Virus record (IMG/VR): IMGVR_UViG_3300047548_000808
Reading direction: 5' to 3' (one strand)
Source: an uncultured virus (IMG/VR IMGVR_UViG_3300047548_000808)
Taxonomy: Duplodnaviria; Heunggongvirae; Uroviricota; Caudoviricetes
Length of the DNA stretch: 20,000 nt
Shown here: in pieces, positions 8,108 to 17,024 of the stretch
Layout of the letters: every line of letters starts with the position of its first letter
Position numbering within the stretch: the stretch's first letter is position 1
Translations under genes and position numbers: made by a program
Notes under the pieces: generated by a model
The model's input: only the letters and a program-made list of their open reading frames with translations
Told to the model about the DNA's origin: nothing
Databases searched by the model: none

Positions 8108-11100
8108 TTTAATTAAGCCTAGTTGCATGAAGTGTAGCAAGTATATTGCTTGCAGAGATCCATTAAAGGGGCCAAAACACTCATGCAAGTCTTTTGTTAG
8201 ACTAAAAGAGATAGGATCTTTTGAAGATCTGTACGCATCTATTTCTATGCTTCCGCAGGGAGTCGAAGACCCAGACATTGCACTTGAAAAAGAAACCTCT
8301 GGTATAAAGATACGGGATCTAGTTGACGCTACTCCAGGTATTGCTAAAACAAAGCGAGTTTTAGATGGGGTAAAAATAGCAACGCCAGAAGAAGTTAAAG
8401 GCGGAGTAAACGATGTGGAAGGTGACTTCATTTGGCAAGCAATGCAGTCTTCCTACGATCCGTTTACTAACTCAGTGCGGGACATCAAGATTGACGACCG
8501 AGCACTAAAGCTATCAACAAACTATTATCATTTCTGTACTAAGATTGCAGGGTCCGCTATCAAAGCACCATTTTCTAGGCAGCTATATGTAGCGATGATA
8601 CTGCTAGGAGAATACTGTCCAAGATGTACGGATGAAAAATGGCTAGATATTACTAACGTTCCAGTAGACATGGAATCTAAGGACTTAGTTAAGAAGGTAG
8701 TTCTTCTAGACAATGGAGTATGTCCTAAGTGCTCTGCCACAAAATCAGGATTGATTCTTGGTGGAGAGATGAAAGACTACAATGAGCTTGCTATTGTTCA
8801 GGGCCAGCGTTGCGTTGTTGGAGCTACTCGATTACAGACTAGGATAGGATTCAAGACCTTTACTGATCTTGAGGAAATTCACGCTGACTCCAGCGGCTCC
8901 ACTGGATTCGTAGAATATAAGGGTCCAGACCTAGTTGACTACGATGGAAGTTTTGTGAGGCCATCATACTTCTATAGATCTGGAAAAACTAAAACTCTAA
9001 AGCTAACTACTAGCATAGGCCAGGAGCTTACTGGAACTCCAGAACATCCGTTGTGGACTAAACACGGTTGGAAAAAACTATCCGAGCTAAAAGTTGGTGA
9101 TGAACTAGAACTTCATATAGGACAAGATGCTTGGAGCACAGACGAGTTCTCGCTAGAAGGAATGGCTGACTCCATTATCCTGAGTGAACATCATACTAGG
9201 CATCAACAATCAGCTAGTACACTAACTCCCAAAATAGCTGGTCTTATTGGGTTCTTAGTATCTGAAGGCAGTTCCTACGTAGTTGATGACGTTCTAAAAT
9301 CAACCAGGATACATAACAATGATATAAATGTTATTAACTATTGCAAGGAAGCCATACTCACGATATTCCCTTCGGCTACGCTACAGTATAGAGACAATAC
9401 TTTATTTATAGGAGAAATGCATACAAGACTTTTCCTTAATAAGCTAATGGATAACCGTCTTATAGTAGATAGAAAATCTGCTGGACGAGTAGTACCAAGT
9501 TGCATAAAAGTATCACCAAAGCCTGTAGTGCAAGAATTTCTTAGGTGTATGTTTGAAGGAGACGGAGGGCTTAACGGTAATAGCGTAGAGTACACCTCAA
9601 TCAGTAAGACTCTAGTGGCAGATTTACACGCTATGCTATTAAATATTGGTATACCCTGTAGAGTAAGAAGCAAGATGGCTTGGGCCAGTAACGGTAGTTC
9701 TGAGCAAGTAAGTAAGCCCTGTTATATACTAGAAGTGTCTGGTTCATACGCAGTATACAAGTTCAAGGAGATCATAGGATTTAAGAGCCAAAGAAAGAAC
9801 GCACTTCTTAGTAAAAAAGCATCTCTATACAACAACTATGTACGAGAAACAGAACCCTCTTGGTATGGTTACCTTAGTTCAGTTGATAGTTCTAGAGTTA
9901 TTGCCATGTACGAAGAAATAAATTCGGAGCTTAGGGCTGGTAGAGTAAAGTACTATAACGGGGGGCGCAGTTCCCAGGTAAGTCTACGTAGTGCATTCCA
10001 ACTACGGGTTAGAACAACTACAGGGCTTGTCACAAAGTATAATGCTGCCTTACTTTGTAATTCTGTACTAAATGCTTCAGATATAGTAGTTCACCTGTCT
10101 GACTCAGTACTAAAAAAGCTTAGGTATATTAAGAGACTATCGGAAGACAGAAGTACTATACACATTACAGTTAAGTCAGTGTCTAATGAGGAAAAACAAG
10201 AAACATACGATGTACATATACCAGGTACACATAGGTTCATGGCTGAGGGCCTTCTAAATCATAACAGCGGAAAATCGGCTTTCTCTTCAACGCTTTCTGC
10301 ATATCTACTTCATAGATACATGAAAGCGCCAAGAATGTCCGATATCTGTCGAGGCATTCAGGAGTTCACGCCACTAACTGCTACTTTCGTAGGACTTACA
10401 GCAGCGCGAGCAATCAAGAACTTGTGGAATCCATTCATGTCTATCGTGAACGGAAGTACATGGTTCACTGAGTATTTTGAAATGCTACGTGATTATGGAC
10501 GTAGGTATGACAAAGAACTATACAAACGTGCAGGTCTTTATCTACGTATTTTTCATAGAAATCTAGACCTATACCCTGCTCCTCCGCTTAAGCGCACTCT
10601 ACGTGGCGATACTCGTTTCTTGGGTGCAACTGACGAACTTAGCTTCTTCAACTTTAATCCCAATAAGAATGCTGATGGAGACGACGATGACGAGGAAAAG
10701 GAACATGCTGATGGCGAGGAAGTTCAGCAGTCCCTATCGAACTCTCTAACTACGGTAAGAACAGAAGTTTTGCACCTGTATAAAAAGGGAATTAATACCA
10801 TTCCTACTGGTTATAATCTTAGTATGTCCTCCCCGTTTTCGGAGAACGATACTTTATGCAGACTAGAACGGGATAGCCATAACGAAGATTCTCTTACTTT
10901 TGGTATCAGGCTGCCTACTTGGGAAGTTAATCCATTATACCAAAGAAATCACCCCATCATCGTAGAAGCCTATCGTAGAAATACAGTAAAAGCAGAACGT
11001 GACTTCGGAGCTAATCCTCCCCAGATCACGAGCGCTCTGTATCAGCCTGGAACTATTGAAATGCTGTTTACTCCAGGTAGACCTAATTCACATAGACTAC

Positions 11101-11822
11101 TATACCTAGATCATGTAAAGTATACCCGTGGAAAGTCAGTTCACGTAACACCTAAAGACGCATATCAACCAGCAATTATGACACTGGATGCAGGTCTAGT
11201 TAATAACGCATTTGCTATGGTAGTAGCTCACCGTAGGGATACGACAATGGAAGTTGATCTAGTTATTGAACTAGTTCCACAGCCAGGAAAACAGGTTGAC
11301 TTTCCATTCTTATATGATAATATAATTCTACCTATTATTAAGGATATGAACGTAGTTCTAGTATCAGCAGATAGATGGAATAGTATTAATATACTTCAGC
11401 AGATAGAAAAGGACGTGGAAGGATGTAAGGTTAGTCAAAAGACTCTACAATACAAGGACTTTACTCATTTTAGTGCATCAGTGTACGCAGGAGAGGTTAA
11501 ACTACCTGCATTAGAGATGCCTATGGATAGAATACTAGTAGTTAGAGACTTTAAGAAAGAACTACTAAATGCTCCTATATCGCACCTAGCACTACAGATG
11601 ACTACAGTAAAGGACACGGGCGTTGCAGTTGTAAAGGGTGATGGTTACACTGACGACATGTTTAGGGCACTAGTTCTTAATCATCAACAGATGTTTTCTA
11701 CCAAGCATAAAACACACATGAATAGGGCTAGAATTAAAAGCTCAAGTGCAAAGAAAACGGATAAGTCTCGCGCATTTGTTATATCAGCGCCTAGGTCTAT
11801 ATATAGCAGGGGTGGAATGTAG
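8100..11822 (+). CDS. terL: Terminase large subunit, intein-containing precursor (about 755 aa after splicing)
   Basis: Adenine-binding PFSRQ; Walker A GQR|SGKS restored by removing the intein; Walker B GATDE; coupling motif SSP; RNase H-like nuclease residues TLDAG, SADRWNS, TDDMFRA; upstream of portal and protease genes. Confidence 0.9.
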   Translation: MASLIKPSCMKCSKYIACRDPLKGPKHSCKSFVRLKEIGSFEDLYASISMLPQGVEDPDIALEKETSGIKIRDLVDATPGIAKTKRVLDGVKIATPEEVKGGVNDVEGDFIWQAMQSSYDPFTNSVRDIKIDDRALKLSTNYYHFCTKIAGSAIKAPFSRQLYVAMILLGEYCPRCTDEKWLDITNVPVDMESKDLVKKVVLLDNGVCPKCSATKSGLILGGEMKDYNELAIVQGQRCVVGATRLQTRIGFKTFTDLEEIHADSSGSTGFVEYKGPDLVDYDGSFVRPSYFYRSGKTKTLKLTTSIGQELTGTPEHPLWTKHGWKKLSELKVGDELELHIGQDAWSTDEFSLEGMADSIILSEHHTRHQQSASTLTPKIAGLIGFLVSEGSSYVVDDVLKSTRIHNNDINVINYCKEAILTIFPSATLQYRDNTLFIGEMHTRLFLNKLMDNRLIVDRKSAGRVVPSCIKVSPKPVVQEFLRCMFEGDGGLNGNSVEYTSISKTLVADLHAMLLNIGIPCRVRSKMAWASNGSSEQVSKPCYILEVSGSYAVYKFKEIIGFKSQRKNALLSKKASLYNNYVRETEPSWYGYLSSVDSSRVIAMYEEINSELRAGRVKYYNGGRSSQVSLRSAFQLRVRTTTGLVTKYNAALLCNSVLNASDIVVHLSDSVLKKLRYIKRLSEDRSTIHITVKSVSNEEKQETYDVHIPGTHRFMAEGLLNHNSGKSAFSSTLSAYLLHRYMKAPRMSDICRGIQEFTPLTATFVGLTAARAIKNLWNPFMSIVNGSTWFTEYFEMLRDYGRRYDKELYKRAGLYLRIFHRNLDLYPAPPLKRTLRGDTRFLGATDELSFFNFNPNKNADGDDDDEEKEHADGEEVQQSLSNSLTTVRTEVLHLYKKGINTIPTGYNLSMSSPFSENDTLCRLERDSHNEDSLTFGIRLPTWEVNPLYQRNHPIIVEAYRRNTVKAERDFGANPPQITSALYQPGTIEMLFTPGRPNSHRLLYLDHVKYTRGKSVHVTPKDAYQPAIMTLDAGLVNNAFAMVVAHRRDTTMEVDLVIELVPQPGKQVDFPFLYDNIILPIIKDMNVVLVSADRWNSINILQQIEKDVEGCKVSQKTLQYKDFTHFSASVYAGEVKLPALEMPMDRILVVRDFKKELLNAPISHLALQMTTVKDTGVAVVKGDGYTDDMFRALVLNHQQMFSTKHKTHMNRARIKSSSAKKTDKSRAFVISAPRSIYSRGGM
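8811..10265 (+). mobile_element. Full-length intein with LAGLIDADG homing endonuclease (485 aa) in TerL
   Basis: Starts CVVGAT; block B LTGTPEHPLW; LAGLIDADG blocks LIGFLVSEGS and FLRCMFEGDGG; block F TYDVHIPGTHRF; ends LNHN followed by Ser+1. Confidence 0.95.
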
Positions 11823-11826
11823 ATAC

Positions 11827-11849
11827 AATTTTAACTAACTAACTAGGAG
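11827..11849 (+). promoter_or_regulatory. AT-rich intergenic spacer with (TAAC)x3 and AGGAG RBS; possible late promoter
   Basis: AATTTTAACTAACTAACTAGGAG before ORF 11855. The RBS is clear; the promoter role is only inferred. Confidence 0.35.
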
Positions 11850-11854
11850 AATTT

Positions 11855-12235
11855 ATGCTGAATGCTGACAAAATTACCACGGCATTCAGCAGGTTTTTAC
11901 AGCCTGCTGAATCTACGGAAGTAACTGCTGGAAGTGCTACAGAACACCATATTACAGCTAAGTGGGAAATTATTTCTGCAGATGTATGTCCAGACTGCAA
12001 ACAGATAATGCAGCCAACGCTGTGTATGAATACGAAGGCACTAGTATGTATGCCGTGTCGAATAATGCTTCCAATGCCAAATGGATATACACCTAATCCA
12101 GCAGCAAAAACTCCTTCTATGCCGAGTGAAGATCGTAGTAATAATGCTCAGTTCAATATCAGGCTTAATCCAATGGATCAAGTGCCTGAAGGAAGAACTA
12201 GTCCACCTCCTATATACTTTGATACGTATAGCTGA
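11855..12235 (+). CDS. Hypothetical protein with possible zinc ribbon
   Basis: Strong RBS; CPDC...CMPC pairs; proline-rich tail. Confidence 0.75.
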   Translation: MLNADKITTAFSRFLQPAESTEVTAGSATEHHITAKWEIISADVCPDCKQIMQPTLCMNTKALVCMPCRIMLPMPNGYTPNPAAKTPSMPSEDRSNNAQFNIRLNPMDQVPEGRTSPPPIYFDTYS

Positions 12236-12237
12236 TC

Positions 12238-12648
12238 ATGGAGTTATCAGCTAAACAGGAGGCGGTCCTAGCCCTAAAGGAACGCCTCCTATATAAATTA
12301 AGAAAAGTATTTCACAAATTCGATGGGGCTAGGTATAGTTTTAGAAACAAACTAGGATCGGGCAGCGTATACAGGCCCGAGCTTTTTACTAAACGAGTTC
12401 ATCCTTACGTATTTGTTGGGCTTGAGTTAAGAGAAACTTCATTTAAACCAAATGTAGTTGAATTCCTGAAAGAGCTTAATCCAGTTCTAGCTAGTTTTGA
12501 GTTTAACGACTTGATAGATACTGGCCCAAATTCGTATAAGGCAGTACTATTAAAAGACAATCTAACTTCTATACTAACTTTAGTACATGATAAAGGATAT
12601 GTCATGGCTACATATTTAGAAGTATTCTCAGAGGACATATATGATTAA
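12238..12648 (+). CDS. Hypothetical protein
   Basis: 136-aa ORF packed between neighbours and overlapping the portal start. Confidence 0.75.
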   Translation: MELSAKQEAVLALKERLLYKLRKVFHKFDGARYSFRNKLGSGSVYRPELFTKRVHPYVFVGLELRETSFKPNVVEFLKELNPVLASFEFNDLIDTGPNSYKAVLLKDNLTSILTLVHDKGYVMATYLEVFSEDIYD

Positions 12649-14998
12649 AACACGACTATCAGCAGGATCTAACATTCTACAGAAAACGTACTCTAGCAGT
12701 AGTGTTACAGCAAACGTACTACGTCCAAAATCAGGATCAAAGGAAACGGGCATTAATGCCTCTTTTCTTCCTTCAGCTAGTACTGGTGGCCCTGTATCAA
12801 CTTCATACTTTGGTGGTCCTGGGTACACTACTCTACTGCAGGGCATAGTTCCGGATAAGAACCCAATGGCAATGATCCCTTATTATAGGGATTGCTACTA
12901 CACTGATGGTATTGCTGGTGCTACTGTAGACATGTCTAGCACCTTTCCTTTTAGTGATTTCTCGCTAACGGGTTTACAGTCTGGTGAACTAGATGTATAC
13001 AATGACTCTCTGTCTAGGCTGAACATGCGTTCACTGATGTCAGAAATAAGTGCTGCCTATCTAGTGGATGGAGCATTTATAGGCACTCTTGTATTTGACC
13101 CGGCATCTAGATCGTTCCAGGATGTACTTGTACACGACACCGCAAACGCTCAGATATCTATGCAACCCCTGCATAGTCTGGATCCAGTAATTAAAGTAAA
13201 TAGTGCTAATGCTTTAAACCAGTTTCTAGGAAGTGATAGTCCCTATGTAGAGTCAATGCTTAGTGCATATCCGCGTTCTATCATTGAAGCATATCTAGAA
13301 GGTAACGTAGCGCTAGATCCATTGTCTACGCTATTTGTTCCCCGTAGAGGACTACAAGATTCTACGCATACTTCTTACCTACATAGAGTAATGCCCTCTT
13401 ACCTATTTGAAAAGGTAATGTATCGTGGCACGCTGATTGAAGCACACAAACGACAGAGGTCTACTACCCATATTAAGATGGGGGATGAGAACTGGATTCC
13501 ATCTGACGAAGAACTAGCAATGACCCTAGGGGAGTTTCAAAGAACTGAAATGGATCCACTAGGGGCCTGGATTGCTACCCGCCAGGGTATTGACATCTCT
13601 GAGATAAGGAGTCCTTCAGACAGCTTCAAATGGACCGAAATCGTAGATACTATGGTTCCAATTAAGCTACGCGCTCTTGGAATTTCAGAAGCATTTTTAT
13701 CCGGAGATGCCTGTCTAGCTGGCGATACGCTAGTACGTATGTGTAATGAATACGGTGAACTAGAGTCTGAAGTATCTATATCAAGTTTAGGACCAACTGA
13801 ATTTGAACCTAATAAGTTCTACGATGTATCGGATAAATATTGCGTATCTAGATATGGTGTAGGAAAGATTGTACGTTGGGCCTGCAACGGAGAAAGAACT
13901 ACCTATATCATAAAGCATTCACTGGGTATCCTACGCGCTACTGATAATCATCGGGTTCTAGTATTTGATGGTTCTAGTCACACCTGGACCAGAGTTGATG
14001 CTCTTACCACTGGGCAGTATCTATGTGAAAAACAGTATGCGTCTAGTGCCTATCGTTATGCGCAGATTGGATCAATAGAAGAATTCGGAAAAGAACTTGT
14101 ATATGATCTTACTATGGAAGAGGGCACTGAACCAGCTTTCGTAGCTAATGGAATAGTAGTACATAATTCATATTCTACCGCAGAGTCAGCCGTAAATAGT
14201 TTCACGGATTCTATGCTGTCTTTCCGACAGTTTCTAACCTATAAGATCTTTCAATCAAGAATTTTTCCTCTTATCGCTGTACTTCATAATCTATATAAGG
14301 ACAAGTCTAGAGCCTCCACCCTGGACGAGTCTATTGGAACTATTTACAAAAATCTTGGTAATATAAACAACCTGAAGATTCCTACTATTCAATGGCATAA
14401 GTCTCTGGAGGGTAAAGACTCAGAATCCCAGTTTGATATGCTTGAGCGCTTATCCGAGAAGGGGTTTGTTATTCCTCTACGCATGTGGGCCTCCAGTGCT
14501 GGTCTTGATATGTCGGCTTTGATGCGAGATTTAGCAGAAGATTCACAGATCAAGGCTGAGATGGAAAAAATGACGGGCAAGCGAGCAGAGACTATTGGTA
14601 ATGAAGATAAAAAGGGCTTTGATGACAATGCTTTCCTAGCCGAAGACGAGTCTTCAGAAGCTGGTGGTGAAGCTCCAGAAGGAGAGCTTGGAGCTAGCAT
14701 GATTGCTCGCAAAAAGTTCTTGGCTAGTCATTTGCGTCCTTCTACAGCTAGTTCAAGAATACCTATTCTAGCTAGAGATATGACCAACCTTGATTTGCCT
14801 AGAAACGCTAGACTATCAAAGAGTGGTGCTAACCTGCATGCTAACTACGGGGATCATCGCCAAGACAAGATAGCTAATGACAAAATTATTAAAGCTATTC
14901 GTGCTCTTAAAGATCCGGAACACGCTAAAAAGGTACGTGAGGCTAGACTAAAAGCGCGGGCCAGCGGTGTACGACTTATTCCAGGAGGAATGATATAA
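12641..14998 (+). CDS. Portal protein, mini-intein-containing precursor (about 633 aa after splicing)
   Basis: GAGGA RBS; lies between TerL and a protease-like gene; portal-like segments AYLVDGAFI and LRALGISEAFLSGDA|SYSTAESA; acidic then basic C-terminal tail. Confidence 0.75.
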   Translation: MIKTRLSAGSNILQKTYSSSSVTANVLRPKSGSKETGINASFLPSASTGGPVSTSYFGGPGYTTLLQGIVPDKNPMAMIPYYRDCYYTDGIAGATVDMSSTFPFSDFSLTGLQSGELDVYNDSLSRLNMRSLMSEISAAYLVDGAFIGTLVFDPASRSFQDVLVHDTANAQISMQPLHSLDPVIKVNSANALNQFLGSDSPYVESMLSAYPRSIIEAYLEGNVALDPLSTLFVPRRGLQDSTHTSYLHRVMPSYLFEKVMYRGTLIEAHKRQRSTTHIKMGDENWIPSDEELAMTLGEFQRTEMDPLGAWIATRQGIDISEIRSPSDSFKWTEIVDTMVPIKLRALGISEAFLSGDACLAGDTLVRMCNEYGELESEVSISSLGPTEFEPNKFYDVSDKYCVSRYGVGKIVRWACNGERTTYIIKHSLGILRATDNHRVLVFDGSSHTWTRVDALTTGQYLCEKQYASSAYRYAQIGSIEEFGKELVYDLTMEEGTEPAFVANGIVVHNSYSTAESAVNSFTDSMLSFRQFLTYKIFQSRIFPLIAVLHNLYKDKSRASTLDESIGTIYKNLGNINNLKIPTIQWHKSLEGKDSESQFDMLERLSEKGFVIPLRMWASSAGLDMSALMRDLAEDSQIKAEMEKMTGKRAETIGNEDKKGFDDNAFLAEDESSEAGGEAPEGELGASMIARKKFLASHLRPSTASSRIPILARDMTNLDLPRNARLSKSGANLHANYGDHRQDKIANDKIIKAIRALKDPEHAKKVREARLKARASGVRLIPGGMI
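13712..14167 (+). mobile_element. Mini-intein (152 aa, no endonuclease) in portal
   Basis: Starts CLAGDTLV; block B LRATDNHRVL; block F VYDLTM; ends FVANGIVVHN followed by Ser+1. Confidence 0.95.
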
Positions 14999-15579
14999 TG
15001 CCTTTACCTAAAGTAAAACGAACTGAGCAGCTAGACTTATCAAAACATCATAAACTATCTATTCCAACGGAAGGTTTTGGCGTAGTATATGAGATTCTGG
15101 ATGGAAGAACTGTAGCTGCTATTACACGAGATATTCTTAATATAACTTCAGAACTGCCAGCTACTAAACGTCTTGTTGTATACTCTCCAAACGCTACTGA
15201 ATTAAAAGCAGCTATTGGAGTTCTTGATGTAGACTTTAGTAATGGAGTGTTTGAACGCTGTGGAGCTTGGAAGGCTTACTATGTAGAGAAAGCCCCTAAG
15301 CCTCCGGCTGGAGTTAAGTTTGATTTTACACAGAAACTAGGAACGGATAAACTAGATAAGCCTGTTTTTACTGATAGAAAATCTTATCCTAATATTGATA
15401 GAGTTGTGGACAGAATTATTCCTCTGTCTCAAGGACCAAATCAGCTAAAGAGTCCACCCAACCGTGCAGTGAATCCTTGGGCTCCTGCAATACAGCTATT
15501 TAGTAGTACACAAACTAGCATAGACACTACAGAGGAATACTTAATGAGCTTAGGAACAGATGATGGCAAAACTAATTAA
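14998..15579 (+). CDS. Hypothetical protein
   Basis: AGGAGG RBS, TAATG overlap with the portal stop; 193 aa, no motif recognised. Confidence 0.75.
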   Translation: MPLPKVKRTEQLDLSKHHKLSIPTEGFGVVYEILDGRTVAAITRDILNITSELPATKRLVVYSPNATELKAAIGVLDVDFSNGVFERCGAWKAYYVEKAPKPPAGVKFDFTQKLGTDKLDKPVFTDRKSYPNIDRVVDRIIPLSQGPNQLKSPPNRAVNPWAPAIQLFSSTQTSIDTTEEYLMSLGTDDGKTN

Positions 15580-16261
15580 ATGCAACAGTACTCCAGTTAT
15601 CCTAGAACCGGATAGTAGACAGCAAACAGAATATGGTATACCAAACGATTTTGAAAGCAAGCTACCATTTCTGTCAAAGAACTACCATCTAAGTGACAAG
15701 ATATCTGACTATTTCCTAGTACCAGTTATTATGTTTCACTCCAATATAGCTAACCGTAATGGGTACATGTTCCCTACGGAATCGCTAATTGAATGGAATA
15801 ATGACAGGTTCTGTCTTGCGTATGAAAGTTGGAAGTATGCTCCACTACACGTAGAACATCGTAGTGAGGACATAACAAAAGCTATCGGCGTTATTGCAGA
15901 CGTTTCTATAAAGAAAGAACTAGGATACTCTGACGACTCTATCTATAAAGTAATAGCTCTCGCTGCCGTAGATAGAACTAAGGAAAAGAAACTGGCTGCG
16001 GATATTGAATCTGGGAAACGTAATAGCTGGTCCATGGGCTGTAACGCAACCCATATATTCTGTTCTTACTGCGGAGCTACTCAGGGACAATGTACTCACA
16101 TAAACGATACTGATCCGGTCATCTTCTACCAGCTAAACGGAAAGATAGTATGTAGAGCTGCTTCAGGTCTATCCGGTATAGAACTTAGTAGTGTAGGGAC
16201 TCCAGCGTTTGCTATGGCAGTTAATAATAAAGTTAAACCTTATGCAGAGGCTGAAAAATGA
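15560..16261 (+). CDS. Putative prohead maturation protease (HK97/assemblin-like fold) with Cys/His insert
   Basis: N-terminal NRNG, His in HVEH, candidate nucleophile in SWSMG, C-terminal IELSSVGTPA (E.S.V..PA signature); CSYC....C.H insert; downstream of portal. Confidence 0.65.
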   Translation: MMAKLIKCNSTPVILEPDSRQQTEYGIPNDFESKLPFLSKNYHLSDKISDYFLVPVIMFHSNIANRNGYMFPTESLIEWNNDRFCLAYESWKYAPLHVEHRSEDITKAIGVIADVSIKKELGYSDDSIYKVIALAAVDRTKEKKLAADIESGKRNSWSMGCNATHIFCSYCGATQGQCTHINDTDPVIFYQLNGKIVCRAASGLSGIELSSVGTPAFAMAVNNKVKPYAEAEK

Positions 16262-16680
16262 TTAGTGCTCTTGATAAAAAACTAGTGCTAGAATCGTTAG
16301 CTCTTAGTGTGGTTAGCGGTGTATATAAAGCTTCCAACATATCTAAGCCATCTCTTAATACGTATACTAAGGGCGTTCCTTTTGTATACGGATTTAAACC
16401 AGAGACTGCTCTGGTTTCAAAAGCTCAATACGAAAAATCTATTAAGGCTGTACCTCTCCAGAAGGTAGATCTTGAGATTCAGGAAATTTCTATAGGATCT
16501 ACTCCAGGTTCCCTTAGGACCGTAGCCGAGTCTTATAAGCTTGTATCCGTATCCGTTCATCTGGTATCATCTACTGACTATCTACGCAAAAACGAAAAGG
16601 CAAAGGTAGAAAACTTCCTAGTAGAAATTATAGTATGCCCACAGGCGGGAATGCTTTCTGCTAGACTAAGTAAGGATTAA
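16258..16680 (+). CDS. Hypothetical protein
   Basis: GAGG RBS, ATGA overlap; 140 aa. Confidence 0.75.
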   Translation: MISALDKKLVLESLALSVVSGVYKASNISKPSLNTYTKGVPFVYGFKPETALVSKAQYEKSIKAVPLQKVDLEIQEISIGSTPGSLRTVAESYKLVSVSVHLVSSTDYLRKNEKAKVENFLVEIIVCPQAGMLSARLSKD

Positions 16681-16682
16681 TT

Positions 16683-16970
16683 ATGTCACCACTACAGCTA
16701 GCACAAAAACTATCTAGTACAAAGCAAGATACGCTAGGCATACACAGTATAGCTATTACATCGTCATCTGATACAGGATGTGTATTCCTGGTTTCCTTTA
16801 ATCCTGGTGTAAGCTCTGCAGTCTTTCTTACACGAGTAGCTGACCAGTTCCCTGAGTACAATGCTGCACTGTCCAAGGAAGAGTGCCTTACTGTTGATAA
16901 CATAAGCATAACTCCTATATCATCAGCACCAGGAAGATGTTACTTTAGTGTATCCTACGTAGGTGCTTAA
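16683..16970 (+). CDS. Hypothetical protein
   Basis: AAGGA RBS; 95 aa; ends just before a terminator hairpin. Confidence 0.7.
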   Translation: MSPLQLAQKLSSTKQDTLGIHSIAITSSSDTGCVFLVSFNPGVSSAVFLTRVADQFPEYNAALSKEECLTVDNISITPISSAPGRCYFSVSYVGA

Positions 16971-16971
16971 T

Positions 16972-16981
16972 ACTGTTAATG
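16972..16981 (+). promoter_or_regulatory. Candidate phage promoter motif ACTGTTAATG
   Basis: Identical to 1456-1465; overlaps the left arm of the hairpin upstream of the polymerase. Confidence 0.45.
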
Positions 16982-17014
16982 GCTAGTAGTTCTAATCGGC
17001 TACTAGCCATTTTT
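16978..17014 (+). terminator. Intrinsic terminator closing the packaging/head block
   Basis: 12-bp stem AATGGCTAGTAG / CTACTAGCCATT, 10-nt loop, followed by a T run. Confidence 0.75.
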
Positions 17015-17024
17015 GCATATAAGT

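Noticed and set aside
11855..12780. Repeated [VI]xA motifs (EVTAG, HITAK, SVTAN, GINAS) as prohead protease cleavage sites
   Set aside because: Too short and common to distinguish from chance without virion N-terminal proteomics.
16683..16970. gp25-like baseplate protein call
   Set aside because: Only size and a vague C-terminal strand pattern fit; not enough evidence.
17013..17024. TTG start for the polymerase
   Set aside because: It lies in the terminator T tract; the in-frame ATG at 17025 is more plausible.
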